Origin: a virus
Lineage: Duplodnaviria; Caudoviricetes
Reading direction: 5' to 3' (one strand)
IMG/VR virus record: IMGVR_UViG_3300027917_000018
Span: 1-64,000 of that record
Length of the DNA: 64,000 bases
A program made the position numbers and the translations under genes. Below, piece by piece: positions 8,902-17,333 of this stretch (positions within the stretch are counted from its first letter, which is position 1; every line of letters starts with the position of its first letter). The notes under the pieces were generated by a model, which worked only from the letters and a program-made list of their open reading frames with translations, was not told where the DNA came from and searched no databases.

Positions 8902-10311
8902 ATGGGCAAGGCCAAGATCAAGAGCACGAACCGCGACCTTCAGGGCCGGATTCTCACGGCGCTCAATCACATGCGGCCCAAAAAGGCCGACAAGGGAACC
9001 TTCATCGTAGGCCGGTCGACCGAAGAATCACCAACCAAGGTCCGTTATCTGGTGACGACGGGCATCCGCGCCTTCGATGATCGCGTGGGCGGGATGCCCG
9101 TTGGCAAAACCATTGAGCTGATCGGTATGCCGCAGAGCGGCAAGACGAACATGGCTGTGCGCACGTGCGTCCGGGCGCAGATGGGCCACATTTACGAGCG
9201 CGTCGAGGACGACGGCGGCAAGATCACGCTCAAGAAGCTCAAGCCGGGCACTTATGACGTGACCACAATGTACTACGACAACGAAGGGTCGCTGTCAGAC
9301 TTCGATAAGCGCCGGGTTGACGGTGTCCTCATGGACGGCCTGATCATTCCCTGCGACACGGTCGAGCTGCTCTGGAAGACGATGGATAGGGTCATTGTCG
9401 AGGTTGACAAGGAGGAAGAGGAAACCGGTCGGCTCCAAATCTTGATCGTTGTCATCGACACTGTCGGCATCATGAGTACGGCGATGGAGATGGAGAAGGA
9501 ATTCGGCAAGATCGACTACCCACGCGTGCCCAAGCAGCTCAAGGACGGCTTCAAGCGTATGACGGGCAAGATGATGCGGGAAAACGTCCTGCTCATTGGC
9601 TTGAACCATGTCAGCAAGAAGCTGGTTCAGGGCTACAAGCGCGGACCCGGTATGAAGGGCTGGGAATACCAGCAGCCCGGCGGCCTGGCCTTCAGCTACT
9701 GCTCCTTCCATCAGGTCTATTTTGAGACGCTCCAGGTCAAATATCGGCTCGCTAAACGGGGCAGCCCCGACGGGTACCTGGTCTATTTCTGCGCCATGAA
9801 AAACCGGATCATGCCGCCTCTCCGGGAATGTCGTATGGCGCTGCTGTTCACAGTGAAAAACGGGGAAACCCAGGAAATACTTCGGGAGGGCGGCTTTAAC
9901 GACGAGCTTTCGATTCTGGAGGCCCTGATCTACGACAAGGCCGCCGAGATTAAAAAGGACGGCACCGGGATTGTGTTCAGGTTTTCCGCGTTTGGCGTCG
10001 AGACAACCACGTTCTCTAAGGGTGAGTCAACGCCCAGTCTTGAAGAGCAGGATGAAAACGACGACGATGATGGTGGCACTTCGCGTAAACGAAAATCGTC
10101 CAAGCCGGACGCCCGGCCTCGGCGGCTTTTCAATCCGCGCATTTCGACTCGTGGTGAGTGGCACGACTTTTACGCCGAGCACAAGGCTGACCTCGATGCG
10201 CTCTACGACCGGGCGACACAGGCGGCGACCTGCGGCGACCTCATGCCCAGCAAGGGCGCGTTTCCAGAGGACGAGGACGAGGCCGATGAGGACAACGAAC
10301 TAGAGCCATGA
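8902..10311 (+). CDS. uvsX: RecA/UvsX-like recombinase
   Basis: TGIRAFDDRVGGMPVGKTIELIGMPQSGKT (Walker A), IVVIDT (Walker B), LIGLNH, PGG.A, KNR. Confidence 0.9.
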   Translation: MGKAKIKSTNRDLQGRILTALNHMRPKKADKGTFIVGRSTEESPTKVRYLVTTGIRAFDDRVGGMPVGKTIELIGMPQSGKTNMAVRTCVRAQMGHIYERVEDDGGKITLKKLKPGTYDVTTMYYDNEGSLSDFDKRRVDGVLMDGLIIPCDTVELLWKTMDRVIVEVDKEEEETGRLQILIVVIDTVGIMSTAMEMEKEFGKIDYPRVPKQLKDGFKRMTGKMMRENVLLIGLNHVSKKLVQGYKRGPGMKGWEYQQPGGLAFSYCSFHQVYFETLQVKYRLAKRGSPDGYLVYFCAMKNRIMPPLRECRMALLFTVKNGETQEILREGGFNDELSILEALIYDKAAEIKKDGTGIVFRFSAFGVETTTFSKGESTPSLEEQDENDDDDGGTSRKRKSSKPDARPRRLFNPRISTRGEWHDFYAEHKADLDALYDRATQAATCGDLMPSKGAFPEDEDEADEDNELEP

Positions 10312-10850
10312 GCATTGAGTACTACGGCGATCGAGAGATTGATCAGGTCTTTGCGGACCTGTTGGCCCGTCATCCTGATTTGCGCCTGCTGTACGAGGCG
10401 GATGTTGTTTTTCGGATTTGCGCGGTCAGGAAAATCAACAAGGACGAGGAGCCCGTGCCACTGCGCGGTCCGGTTATCAGGGTCAAACGCATTTCCAAAG
10501 AGGACCGTCCGTTCATCGAGGGCCACTACAAGGTCTACGTGGATGCCTGCCGGTGGGAGCAAGCCAACGAGGAGCAACGGGAGGCACTGGTTCACTACGC
10601 GCTTTGTAGCGTCGGGGTCGAGCAGACCAAGTCCGGGATCAAGCTGGTCAAAGTCCAGCCCGATGTCTTGGTCTACCAGCGGAACGTGAGCTGGTACGGC
10701 CCCTACGAGGAGCCGCTGGTCACGCTGCGCAATAATCTTCAATCCGGCAAGAAAGGGCTGGTGCTTTCGGGCGCTCCTGTCCAACCCGTCGAACAGGAAG
10801 ATAGCGACAAAAAACCGGCGAAAAAGTCGCGCCGAAAAACCAGTGAATAG
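10308..10850 (+). CDS. phage metallopeptidase-like protein with degenerate active site
   Basis: W...EEQREALVHYALC..GV...KLV..QPDV layout resembles the putative phage metallopeptidase family, but HExxH is absent. Confidence 0.5.
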   Translation: MSIEYYGDREIDQVFADLLARHPDLRLLYEADVVFRICAVRKINKDEEPVPLRGPVIRVKRISKEDRPFIEGHYKVYVDACRWEQANEEQREALVHYALCSVGVEQTKSGIKLVKVQPDVLVYQRNVSWYGPYEEPLVTLRNNLQSGKKGLVLSGAPVQPVEQEDSDKKPAKKSRRKTSE

Positions 10851-10945
10851 CCGGTGAACAATTTTTGATTCAATTTGGTTTGCCAGAGTAAAAAAGTTTA
10901 CGATCATGTCCACACCGTCAGATCGGCGGTGTGGGTTTCCGCTTT

Positions 10946-11875
10946 ATGGCTAAGAAGGAATCTTCAGGTCCGGTTAGCGCGCTAAAAACGCCCTCGATAG
11001 GGCGCTACAACCGCATTCTTTCAATCCTGGGATCGCAGCCAGCCTTCAAGGACCGGCTGGGACCGTGCGATCACGAGGTTGCCAAGCGGACAGGAGGGAC
11101 CGTGGTGTACCCGCGTGGCGTGGTCGCCGTAGCCGACGCGATTCACGTCCAGGGCTACGACTCGCACACTGCTCCGCCGCCGTTGGTCCTGAACATTGCC
11201 GGTGAAGTCCTGAAGAAGATCAAATACGGCACCAAAAAGCCGGAAGCCAAAGCCGTAGACGCGCCAAAGAAGCCGCCACGAATCAGGGCAGCCAAGCCCG
11301 AACCCAAGCCCAAGGCCGAGCCTGAGCCTGCAAAGCCTGAATCCAAGCCTGAGCCCAAGCCTGAAGCTAAAGTAGAGGAACCAAAGCCCGCCGCACCAGC
11401 CACAGAAGCGCCAAAACGAAGGCGGAAGAAGGCTGAAACGCCAGCTCCCGTTGCCGCCAAAGAAGACGTTCCCGCAGCGCCACCGGCACCACCAGCTGCC
11501 GAAAAACCCAAGCGTGTCAGAGCCAAGGCTGCGGCTGGAGAGCCGCCACGGCGCAAAGCTGTCCGGCCTCCAGATACGGAGGCCAAGAGGGCGTTGGAGA
11601 GAGCCGCTGAGGCCGCCAAAGGCCAGGAACCGGCCAAGGTGCCGGATGACGAACGGGTGCCTTACTATTACCCGTTTACGGTCTGCCTTTCGCTGATGCT
11701 GACCACGCTGAACATCCTGGAACTTTCGGACACTGAGGCCGGGAACGATTCCCGAAAGAAGAAAGTGACCGAATTGGTAGGCGAGCTGAACAAGCTCAAG
11801 GCCCGGCCCGTCCTGTTGCCCGCAGACATGAAGCCCTATCTTGAGCATGCCGAAAGCGCCCAGCAAAAAGCCTAG
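10946..11875 (+). CDS. hypothetical protein with long Pro/Ala/Lys/Glu linker
   Basis: Globular-looking ends joined by PEPK/PAAP low-complexity sequence. Confidence 0.65.
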   Translation: MAKKESSGPVSALKTPSIGRYNRILSILGSQPAFKDRLGPCDHEVAKRTGGTVVYPRGVVAVADAIHVQGYDSHTAPPPLVLNIAGEVLKKIKYGTKKPEAKAVDAPKKPPRIRAAKPEPKPKAEPEPAKPESKPEPKPEAKVEEPKPAAPATEAPKRRRKKAETPAPVAAKEDVPAAPPAPPAAEKPKRVRAKAAAGEPPRRKAVRPPDTEAKRALERAAEAAKGQEPAKVPDDERVPYYYPFTVCLSLMLTTLNILELSDTEAGNDSRKKKVTELVGELNKLKARPVLLPADMKPYLEHAESAQQKA

Positions 11876-12866
11876 TCCTCCGAAGGGCCAGCATATTTTC
11901 GCTGATGACGAGCTGCATCAACTTGCGCTCCGTTGGAAGGAATTGAACGCCCAGGCCCGCCACGACGAGGCGATGCTCGTCCTGGAGCAGATCATCAAGG
12001 GCTCGACTCAAATGTTCGAGCGGTTTGCCCAACACGAGAAGTACCACAACACGGTTGACCTGGACACCTTGGTCAGCGCCGCGCAGGAGAAAGTCGTGAA
12101 GTGGCTGCTGCGCTGGGACCCGCGTCGTGGCAAACTGTTTACGTGGTTCAGCAAGTGCGCCAAGCACGCCTTTCTGAGCGAGCTGGTTAAGGTCAACAAC
12201 TACCGCAGGCGCTTCCACGCGACTTCCGACAATCTGGAGACTTTCGTGGGTGTTGAGGACCACGAGGTTGACCGCCACGACATGAGCCAGATGGTCCGCG
12301 AAAAGCTCTCCCAGCTCACATGCCGATGGGGCAATCCACAAGAGATTGGCGCGATCCGCTACTTCATCGACTGTATTGTGGAGGACACCGACAAGCGGGA
12401 CCGTAACGCCATGATCCGGGCCGTCGTTTACGCCTGGGGCGTCAGTTGGGATCAGGCCAAATACTTTCATCGGTGGGCGCTGGCAGAACTGCGATCGGCC
12501 TTTTTCGACTGTATCCGCTTCCCTATCACAGAGGAGGAGCTGTTCATGCTCCGCCATGCCTACAGCGACGCCGTCGACCTGGTGCCCATTATTGGCTGGG
12601 AAAGGTGGAAACAAGCTTGCGTGCGCCACGGTGGATCGAGGATAAAGTTTCCTCCGATCGCCGCCATCATTCGGGCCAAGCAGGATTACAAGATGAGCCT
12701 GGAGATTGCCCGGAGCGACAACGACCCTGATAGTATTGCCAGGATCGCGGCCCGGCACAAGCGCACGGCCAAGTCCGCCAGCGACACCTACGAGGAAATG
12801 ACGGAAAGCTTGAAGCGCGAGCACGCTGGAAGGCACCACATTTACGGTGAACACGAGCACGCTTGA
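11847..12866 (+). CDS. sigma-factor region-2-like protein with C-terminal Mor-like activator domain
   Basis: DLDTLVSAAQEKVVKWLLRWDPRRGKLFTWFSKCAKHA resembles sigma region 2. IIGWERW...HGGSRIKFP...IARIAARHKRT resembles Mor-family GG..+.+P plus an HTH. Confidence 0.6.
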   Translation: MPKAPSKKPSPPKGQHIFADDELHQLALRWKELNAQARHDEAMLVLEQIIKGSTQMFERFAQHEKYHNTVDLDTLVSAAQEKVVKWLLRWDPRRGKLFTWFSKCAKHAFLSELVKVNNYRRRFHATSDNLETFVGVEDHEVDRHDMSQMVREKLSQLTCRWGNPQEIGAIRYFIDCIVEDTDKRDRNAMIRAVVYAWGVSWDQAKYFHRWALAELRSAFFDCIRFPITEEELFMLRHAYSDAVDLVPIIGWERWKQACVRHGGSRIKFPPIAAIIRAKQDYKMSLEIARSDNDPDSIARIAARHKRTAKSASDTYEEMTESLKREHAGRHHIYGEHEHA

Positions 12867-14283
12867 TTACCTGACGCTGCCCAGGGCTTACCTGAGCGCG
12901 GTCATTAGCCTGCGGGTGGACTTTTACCCTGGTCCGCCTGTGAAGGTCGCTCTTCGTCTTGAAGACATGCAATCCGACCTGGACCGCATGATTGCCAGCG
13001 CTGCGACGCATTTTGTCGATCAGAGCTGCGTGATGCTTCACCGGGACGAGCTGGAGGCCGAGGGCCGCATGGCCATCCGCAATGTCCTGATCAAAGACTG
13101 GCTAACACGGGCCAGGAACCGCGTCGAATTCTTCAAGATCGCCAAGACGGCGGTCATGAACCGCATCCGTAGTCTGGTTCAACAACACCGATTCACGCAA
13201 AAGCGCACAGGGCGCAAGCCGCCGAACCGCAACGAGCCGCTGAGCTGGGAAAGCCACCGGCCCAACGAAGTCAGCCTGGACGACCCTGACGCACATTTGC
13301 AGGTTGGGGAGGCTTACACCGAGGCTGAAATCGACGCGGTCGAACTGGAGAAGGAAATTCGTTTACGCTTGGAGGGCCTACCACTTTTTGTGTTCGACGC
13401 AATGCTAGAGCTGCCGCTTACCGCCTTGAAGCTTGCGGAGCTGGACGCCTACCGTGGCCGCAGGGCGCAGCGGTGCCGCATACGGATCACGGAGCAGAAC
13501 ATAGCGGAAGCCCTGCAAATTCCCGTCGAACTGTATAGGAAAGCTGTTCTTCAGGTACAAAATGTTACGCGTCAAGTCCGCAGCATGAATCCTGAATTGC
13601 AAGATTACGAATTTACGGTCGAGCACCTTTCCTCCGTGTTCGGCGTCCAGGTGCCAAAGTCGATGCCCACCATGTTGGTCCGGCGTTTGTTTACGATTGC
13701 CGCTTGGAACCAGGTCGAAAAGGTTACCCCGGAGGTATCCGACAAACTGGAGATGATTGGGGCCAAAGTGCCGAAGTGGAATGGTTCCACTGTGAGCTGC
13801 TTCGGCATCCTCTACAACGAGGGCAACAAGACCTGCGAGAGCTGTGGCGTCAAGGAAAGCTGCGCCAGCGAGGCTGCCAATGCGGGTTTGGGCACCATCG
13901 TTTACAGCCACCGTGCCCTGGGCGCACGAGCACAGCGCACAGCTTACATCTTGCCCAATGCCCAAGCCCGAAGCGAGCCGCCGGTTACCTCAAGCTGGCG
14001 TGATTCGGAAATTGCCGATTACCTTCACCGAAACTTTGCCAGGGTCAGCCACCAGAGCGAGACTTACTACCGCCCGAAGGATTTCAAGGATAAGTCCAAG
14101 CTCCTTTTCTGCATCGGAGCGCGCACCATTCCATTTCGTTTACGTTTTTGCAATCCCAGCCAAAAGCTGCGCCCTCGGTTGGAAAAGCGGGGCCGGATGT
14201 ATTACGCCCCTGCCTCGGGTTCGGCTGAGGAGGTCATCGCATTGATCGACGAGCACGTTCGCAACGCTTATGCCGTCCACTGA
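12847..14283 (+). CDS. sigma70-like factor with C-terminal Cys4 domain
   Basis: RDELEAEGRMAI...FFKIAKTAVMNRIRSLV...VSLDDP (region 2/3-like); TEQNIAEALQIP (HTH); CFG...CESC...C. Start is uncertain (GTG 12847 or a later ATG). Confidence 0.6.
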   Translation: MNTSTLDYLTLPRAYLSAVISLRVDFYPGPPVKVALRLEDMQSDLDRMIASAATHFVDQSCVMLHRDELEAEGRMAIRNVLIKDWLTRARNRVEFFKIAKTAVMNRIRSLVQQHRFTQKRTGRKPPNRNEPLSWESHRPNEVSLDDPDAHLQVGEAYTEAEIDAVELEKEIRLRLEGLPLFVFDAMLELPLTALKLAELDAYRGRRAQRCRIRITEQNIAEALQIPVELYRKAVLQVQNVTRQVRSMNPELQDYEFTVEHLSSVFGVQVPKSMPTMLVRRLFTIAAWNQVEKVTPEVSDKLEMIGAKVPKWNGSTVSCFGILYNEGNKTCESCGVKESCASEAANAGLGTIVYSHRALGARAQRTAYILPNAQARSEPPVTSSWRDSEIADYLHRNFARVSHQSETYYRPKDFKDKSKLLFCIGARTIPFRLRFCNPSQKLRPRLEKRGRMYYAPASGSAEEVIALIDEHVRNAYAVH

Positions 14284-14644
14284 CATCCATGCCGATAAGA
14301 AGGCCGACACGGTTGTTGCCGAGCCGGTCATGACCCAGTGGCAGGCCCTGCGCCAGGTCGGCTGGGTCCAGCCAATCGATTTCATCATCCTATTTCTGGT
14401 TTTCATGGTCGCACTGACCATGATCTTCTGGTCGATTTTTGCGGAGCCGACCGGCGTTCAACTGATGACCTGTGCCATCATCGGATTCGCCATTTGCCAG
14501 CTCTGGATGATTTTGCTCGTTTACCGCTGCATGCACTTTGTTCTCACCATACAAGCCTACCTGAACAACCTTCCCTACGAGGCCGCCAGGATCGCGATGG
14601 CCGGAATGACCGGCAAGCCGATGGAGCCTCCCACACGACGATGA
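14270..14644 (+). CDS. small membrane protein
   Basis: Two clear hydrophobic segments (FIILFLVFMVALTMIFWSIF; LMTCAIIGFAICQLWMILLVY). Confidence 0.65.
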   Translation: MPSTDIHADKKADTVVAEPVMTQWQALRQVGWVQPIDFIILFLVFMVALTMIFWSIFAEPTGVQLMTCAIIGFAICQLWMILLVYRCMHFVLTIQAYLNNLPYEAARIAMAGMTGKPMEPPTRR

Positions 14645-14931
14645 AGAAAACGCTCACCCGCGAGGACGCCGCCCTGGAAATCTCCCAACGCGTGGGCTGC
14701 GCGATCACGCTCGCCCGGCGCTTTCTGGATACGAGCATCGACGTGATGAGTGACGCGCTCCTGGCAGGACGCAAGGTCGAATTCCGCAATTTTGGCGTTT
14801 TTCGTGTGGTGAAGCGAAAGCCTCGCGTGGGCCGCAACCCCAAGGAGCCGGAGGCCGGGCGCATTGAAATCCCGTCCAAGCTGGGAATCAAGTTCAAGAC
14901 CAGTCCCCACCTGGAAAAGAAGCTCAAATGA
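14641..14931 (+). CDS. HU/IHF-family histone-like DNA-binding protein
   Basis: VEFRNFGVFRVVKRKPRVGRNP...IP...KFK signature; ATG at 14641 overlaps the upstream stop. Confidence 0.92.
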   Translation: MKKTLTREDAALEISQRVGCAITLARRFLDTSIDVMSDALLAGRKVEFRNFGVFRVVKRKPRVGRNPKEPEAGRIEIPSKLGIKFKTSPHLEKKLK

Positions 14932-15821
14932 CCAGCGCGATTGCCATTCTGACCTACCGCAGACTGCCGGTCCTGGCCAAGATGTTCGAGGGCCTGTTGG
15001 CGCACTGCAAGGACTATCCGATCGCTGTTTTCGAGGATTTCGGGCGCACGGACGGCACGGCCCGTTGGCTGGCCGGGGACGCTAAGCCGGAATCGAGGGA
15101 AGACCTGTTGGCTACCTACTGCCGCATGCCCTGGGGCGAAGCCTTCCTGGGCACCGAGAACCTGGGTGTGGCCAGCAATTCCAACCGGGCGCTTCGCTGG
15201 TTCGAGGAAGGCGGCTGGGACCATCTGTGCCTCTGCAACGACGATCTTGAGGTCCTGGGCGACTTCCCGGCTTTTTATGCCAAGGCTCATCAGGAGCTGG
15301 GCATCAATTTCTTTTGCTTCAATGATTTTTGGGAATGGCCCACGCATCGTTGGGCGCTGTGCCGGTCACGCGGCTATCGTTTACGAATTTTTCGCCAAAT
15401 GACCGGCATCATGTGCTCGGTCACGCGAAAGGCTTTCAACGAGGTCGGGTACTTCGACGCCAGGTTCGGCAAGTTCGGCCAAGAGCACTGCGATTGGACC
15501 AATCGTTTTCGATTTACGGGAAACATCCGGCTCGACGGCGTCGATCAGCCGTGCGTCGACGTGGAACCCACCAACCCGGACGGATCAGCGGGGCAAGCTG
15601 TCCTCAAACACCAGGAATGCCCCACTTGTGTCATCGGCGACGAGCGCGCCCGCGCTGACCAGGAAGCTTTGGAGGCACTAAGGGAGGTTGCCAAGGGCTA
15701 TAATACCGAGTCCAACTACAAGCCGTTCGCCCTGCGCTCGCCGCGCTTTGTCGGAGGTTTTCTCAATCAGGGAATCCCGACCGAGCAACTCAAGGGTTAT
15801 CGAACGGTCACGTGTAGTTAG
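14928..15821 (+). CDS. GT-A fold glycosyltransferase
   Basis: IAILTYRR...VFEDFGRTDGT...NLGVASNSNRA...LCNDDL...FGKFGQEHCDWTNR. Confidence 0.75.
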   Translation: MTSAIAILTYRRLPVLAKMFEGLLAHCKDYPIAVFEDFGRTDGTARWLAGDAKPESREDLLATYCRMPWGEAFLGTENLGVASNSNRALRWFEEGGWDHLCLCNDDLEVLGDFPAFYAKAHQELGINFFCFNDFWEWPTHRWALCRSRGYRLRIFRQMTGIMCSVTRKAFNEVGYFDARFGKFGQEHCDWTNRFRFTGNIRLDGVDQPCVDVEPTNPDGSAGQAVLKHQECPTCVIGDERARADQEALEALREVAKGYNTESNYKPFALRSPRFVGGFLNQGIPTEQLKGYRTVTCS

Positions 15822-15827
15822 GACAGC

Positions 15828-16250
15828 ATGAACAAAAGCGCCATTGTAGCCAAGCTCCTCGGCGAGGCGGAAGCTGCGGCAATCGACGTTCCGGCTGAGC
15901 AGGCCGCCGAAGCGGGCTCAAAAACCAGCCCCAATGTGGACGCCTTGGCCGCAAGCTGGAAACAGGGAAACCGCCAGGCCGTGGCGATCCGCGTGCTGGA
16001 CGCTTTGGATTCGTACGAAGATTTCGTGCGCTTGCTCTTTCGGCTGGGCGAAACCGACGGTGTAGAGCTGGGCGCGATCATGGATGAGTTGACCAGCGAA
16101 GAGGTCAGCCCGCACGAGTTTGATGAGTACTCGGATGAGATGGCCGTGCGCATGAAGAACCGGCCCACACCGGATACGCCCGGCGTCATGGGCGCGGCAG
16201 AAAGCCTGAATCCAACCCAAATCTGGCTCAAGCGCCTCAAAGCACGATGA
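15828..16250 (+). CDS. hypothetical protein (possible head/virion protein)
   Basis: 140-aa ORF preceded by TAGTTAG, upstream of the head genes. Confidence 0.65.
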   Translation: MNKSAIVAKLLGEAEAAAIDVPAEQAAEAGSKTSPNVDALAASWKQGNRQAVAIRVLDALDSYEDFVRLLFRLGETDGVELGAIMDELTSEEVSPHEFDEYSDEMAVRMKNRPTPDTPGVMGAAESLNPTQIWLKRLKAR

Positions 16251-16945
16251 ATTCCCTGGTCGCCAGAATGACGGGTATCAAGGAAAACGTGCCGGTGCCC
16301 GTGGCCGCCAAGCGGAGCGCCAATCCCCGCGAACAGGACCGTGACGAGCGCCGTTCCCGGCAGCTGCGCACTGCGGCGGCGATCATAGGTGTTCGGGAGG
16401 CCGAGGGCCAGGCCATCATCCCGGACGACGCGGAGGAGATTGAGGCCACCGTGGGGACCACTGGCTTGAAGATCAAGGACCAGAGCGCGCCCCAGGAGCC
16501 CGAGAAGGAGCCCGGCGTGCCCACGGACCAGGCGGAAACGGACGAGCCCGAGGAGGTCATCACGCCCAAGGACATTTTGGTGGCTCCTGACGTAACGCCG
16601 GAATTGTTTACGCCAATCGATTCAAGCGAGGTTCCCGAGCCCAAGGGAGCCGAGAAGAAGCCTGAGCCTGCTCCGGCACCACCCAAGCCCGAACCGCAAC
16701 CCGAGACCAGGCCGACCATCGATCCGTTGGAGGTTCTGCTGGGCCGCCGGACCACGAGCCGACCGGCAGACACAGTGCCGCCGGAAACCCCAGTCTCAGT
16801 CGAGTCCATCCAGTCTACCGTAAACGTAAGCCTCGGTGTCAGCGCCGCTCCCGGTGACCTTCTCGGTAGGGGCGTGCCGATGCCTGACCCCACACCGGGC
16901 CAGCCGTCCAAGATCGTCGAGGCTTTCCGGGATTACGTGCGGTGA
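16247..16945 (+). CDS. Pro/Glu-rich hypothetical protein
   Basis: ATGA-coupled to the upstream gene; largely low complexity. Confidence 0.6.
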   Translation: MNSLVARMTGIKENVPVPVAAKRSANPREQDRDERRSRQLRTAAAIIGVREAEGQAIIPDDAEEIEATVGTTGLKIKDQSAPQEPEKEPGVPTDQAETDEPEEVITPKDILVAPDVTPELFTPIDSSEVPEPKGAEKKPEPAPAPPKPEPQPETRPTIDPLEVLLGRRTTSRPADTVPPETPVSVESIQSTVNVSLGVSAAPGDLLGRGVPMPDPTPGQPSKIVEAFRDYVR

Positions 16946-17211
16946 GCGACTTCATCCAAGGCCAGGAGCTGCGCGTTCGGATCACCCGTCAGCCCTTCCT
17001 GGACGAGTTTACGCTCCATCTTCCCAACGGGCATACCGAGGAGCTGATGCCGGACGAGGCGCGTCAGTGGTTCAAGGACCACGGCGTCGACGATGATGAA
17101 GGCATGGAAAAGGTGCTGGACGAGTGCTGGAACTTCTACGAATCGGTCCTGATTATCGACGCCTACCGTGAGCCTGTGAAGCCCTTTCCAGGGTATCAGC
17201 CCAACGTGTAA
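16942..17211 (+). CDS. hypothetical protein
   Basis: 89-aa ORF, GTGA-coupled to the upstream gene. Confidence 0.6.
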   Translation: MSDFIQGQELRVRITRQPFLDEFTLHLPNGHTEELMPDEARQWFKDHGVDDDEGMEKVLDECWNFYESVLIIDAYREPVKPFPGYQPNV

Positions 17212-17291
17212 ACGTTTGCGGCAATACAGGGGTCGATATTGGATTTCCGTCTTTTGAGGCGCAAAACGTTTGCGCAAACACTTTGGATTTC
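17210..17291. repeat. direct and inverted repeats upstream of the head operon
   Basis: AAACGTTTGCG at 17210 and 17264, each followed downstream by TTGGATTTC; inverted repeat GCGCAAA-acg-TTTGCGC at 17259-17275. Confidence 0.7.
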
Positions 17292-17333
17292 GCGCCCGCG
17301 TGGTTACCGACAGGCAACGTCTTGTCGTAAACC

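Noticed and set aside
10851-10930. AT-rich gap as a sigma70 promoter (TTGATT...TAAAAA)
   Set aside because: Weak match with suboptimal spacing, unlike the three clear early promoters; left unannotated.
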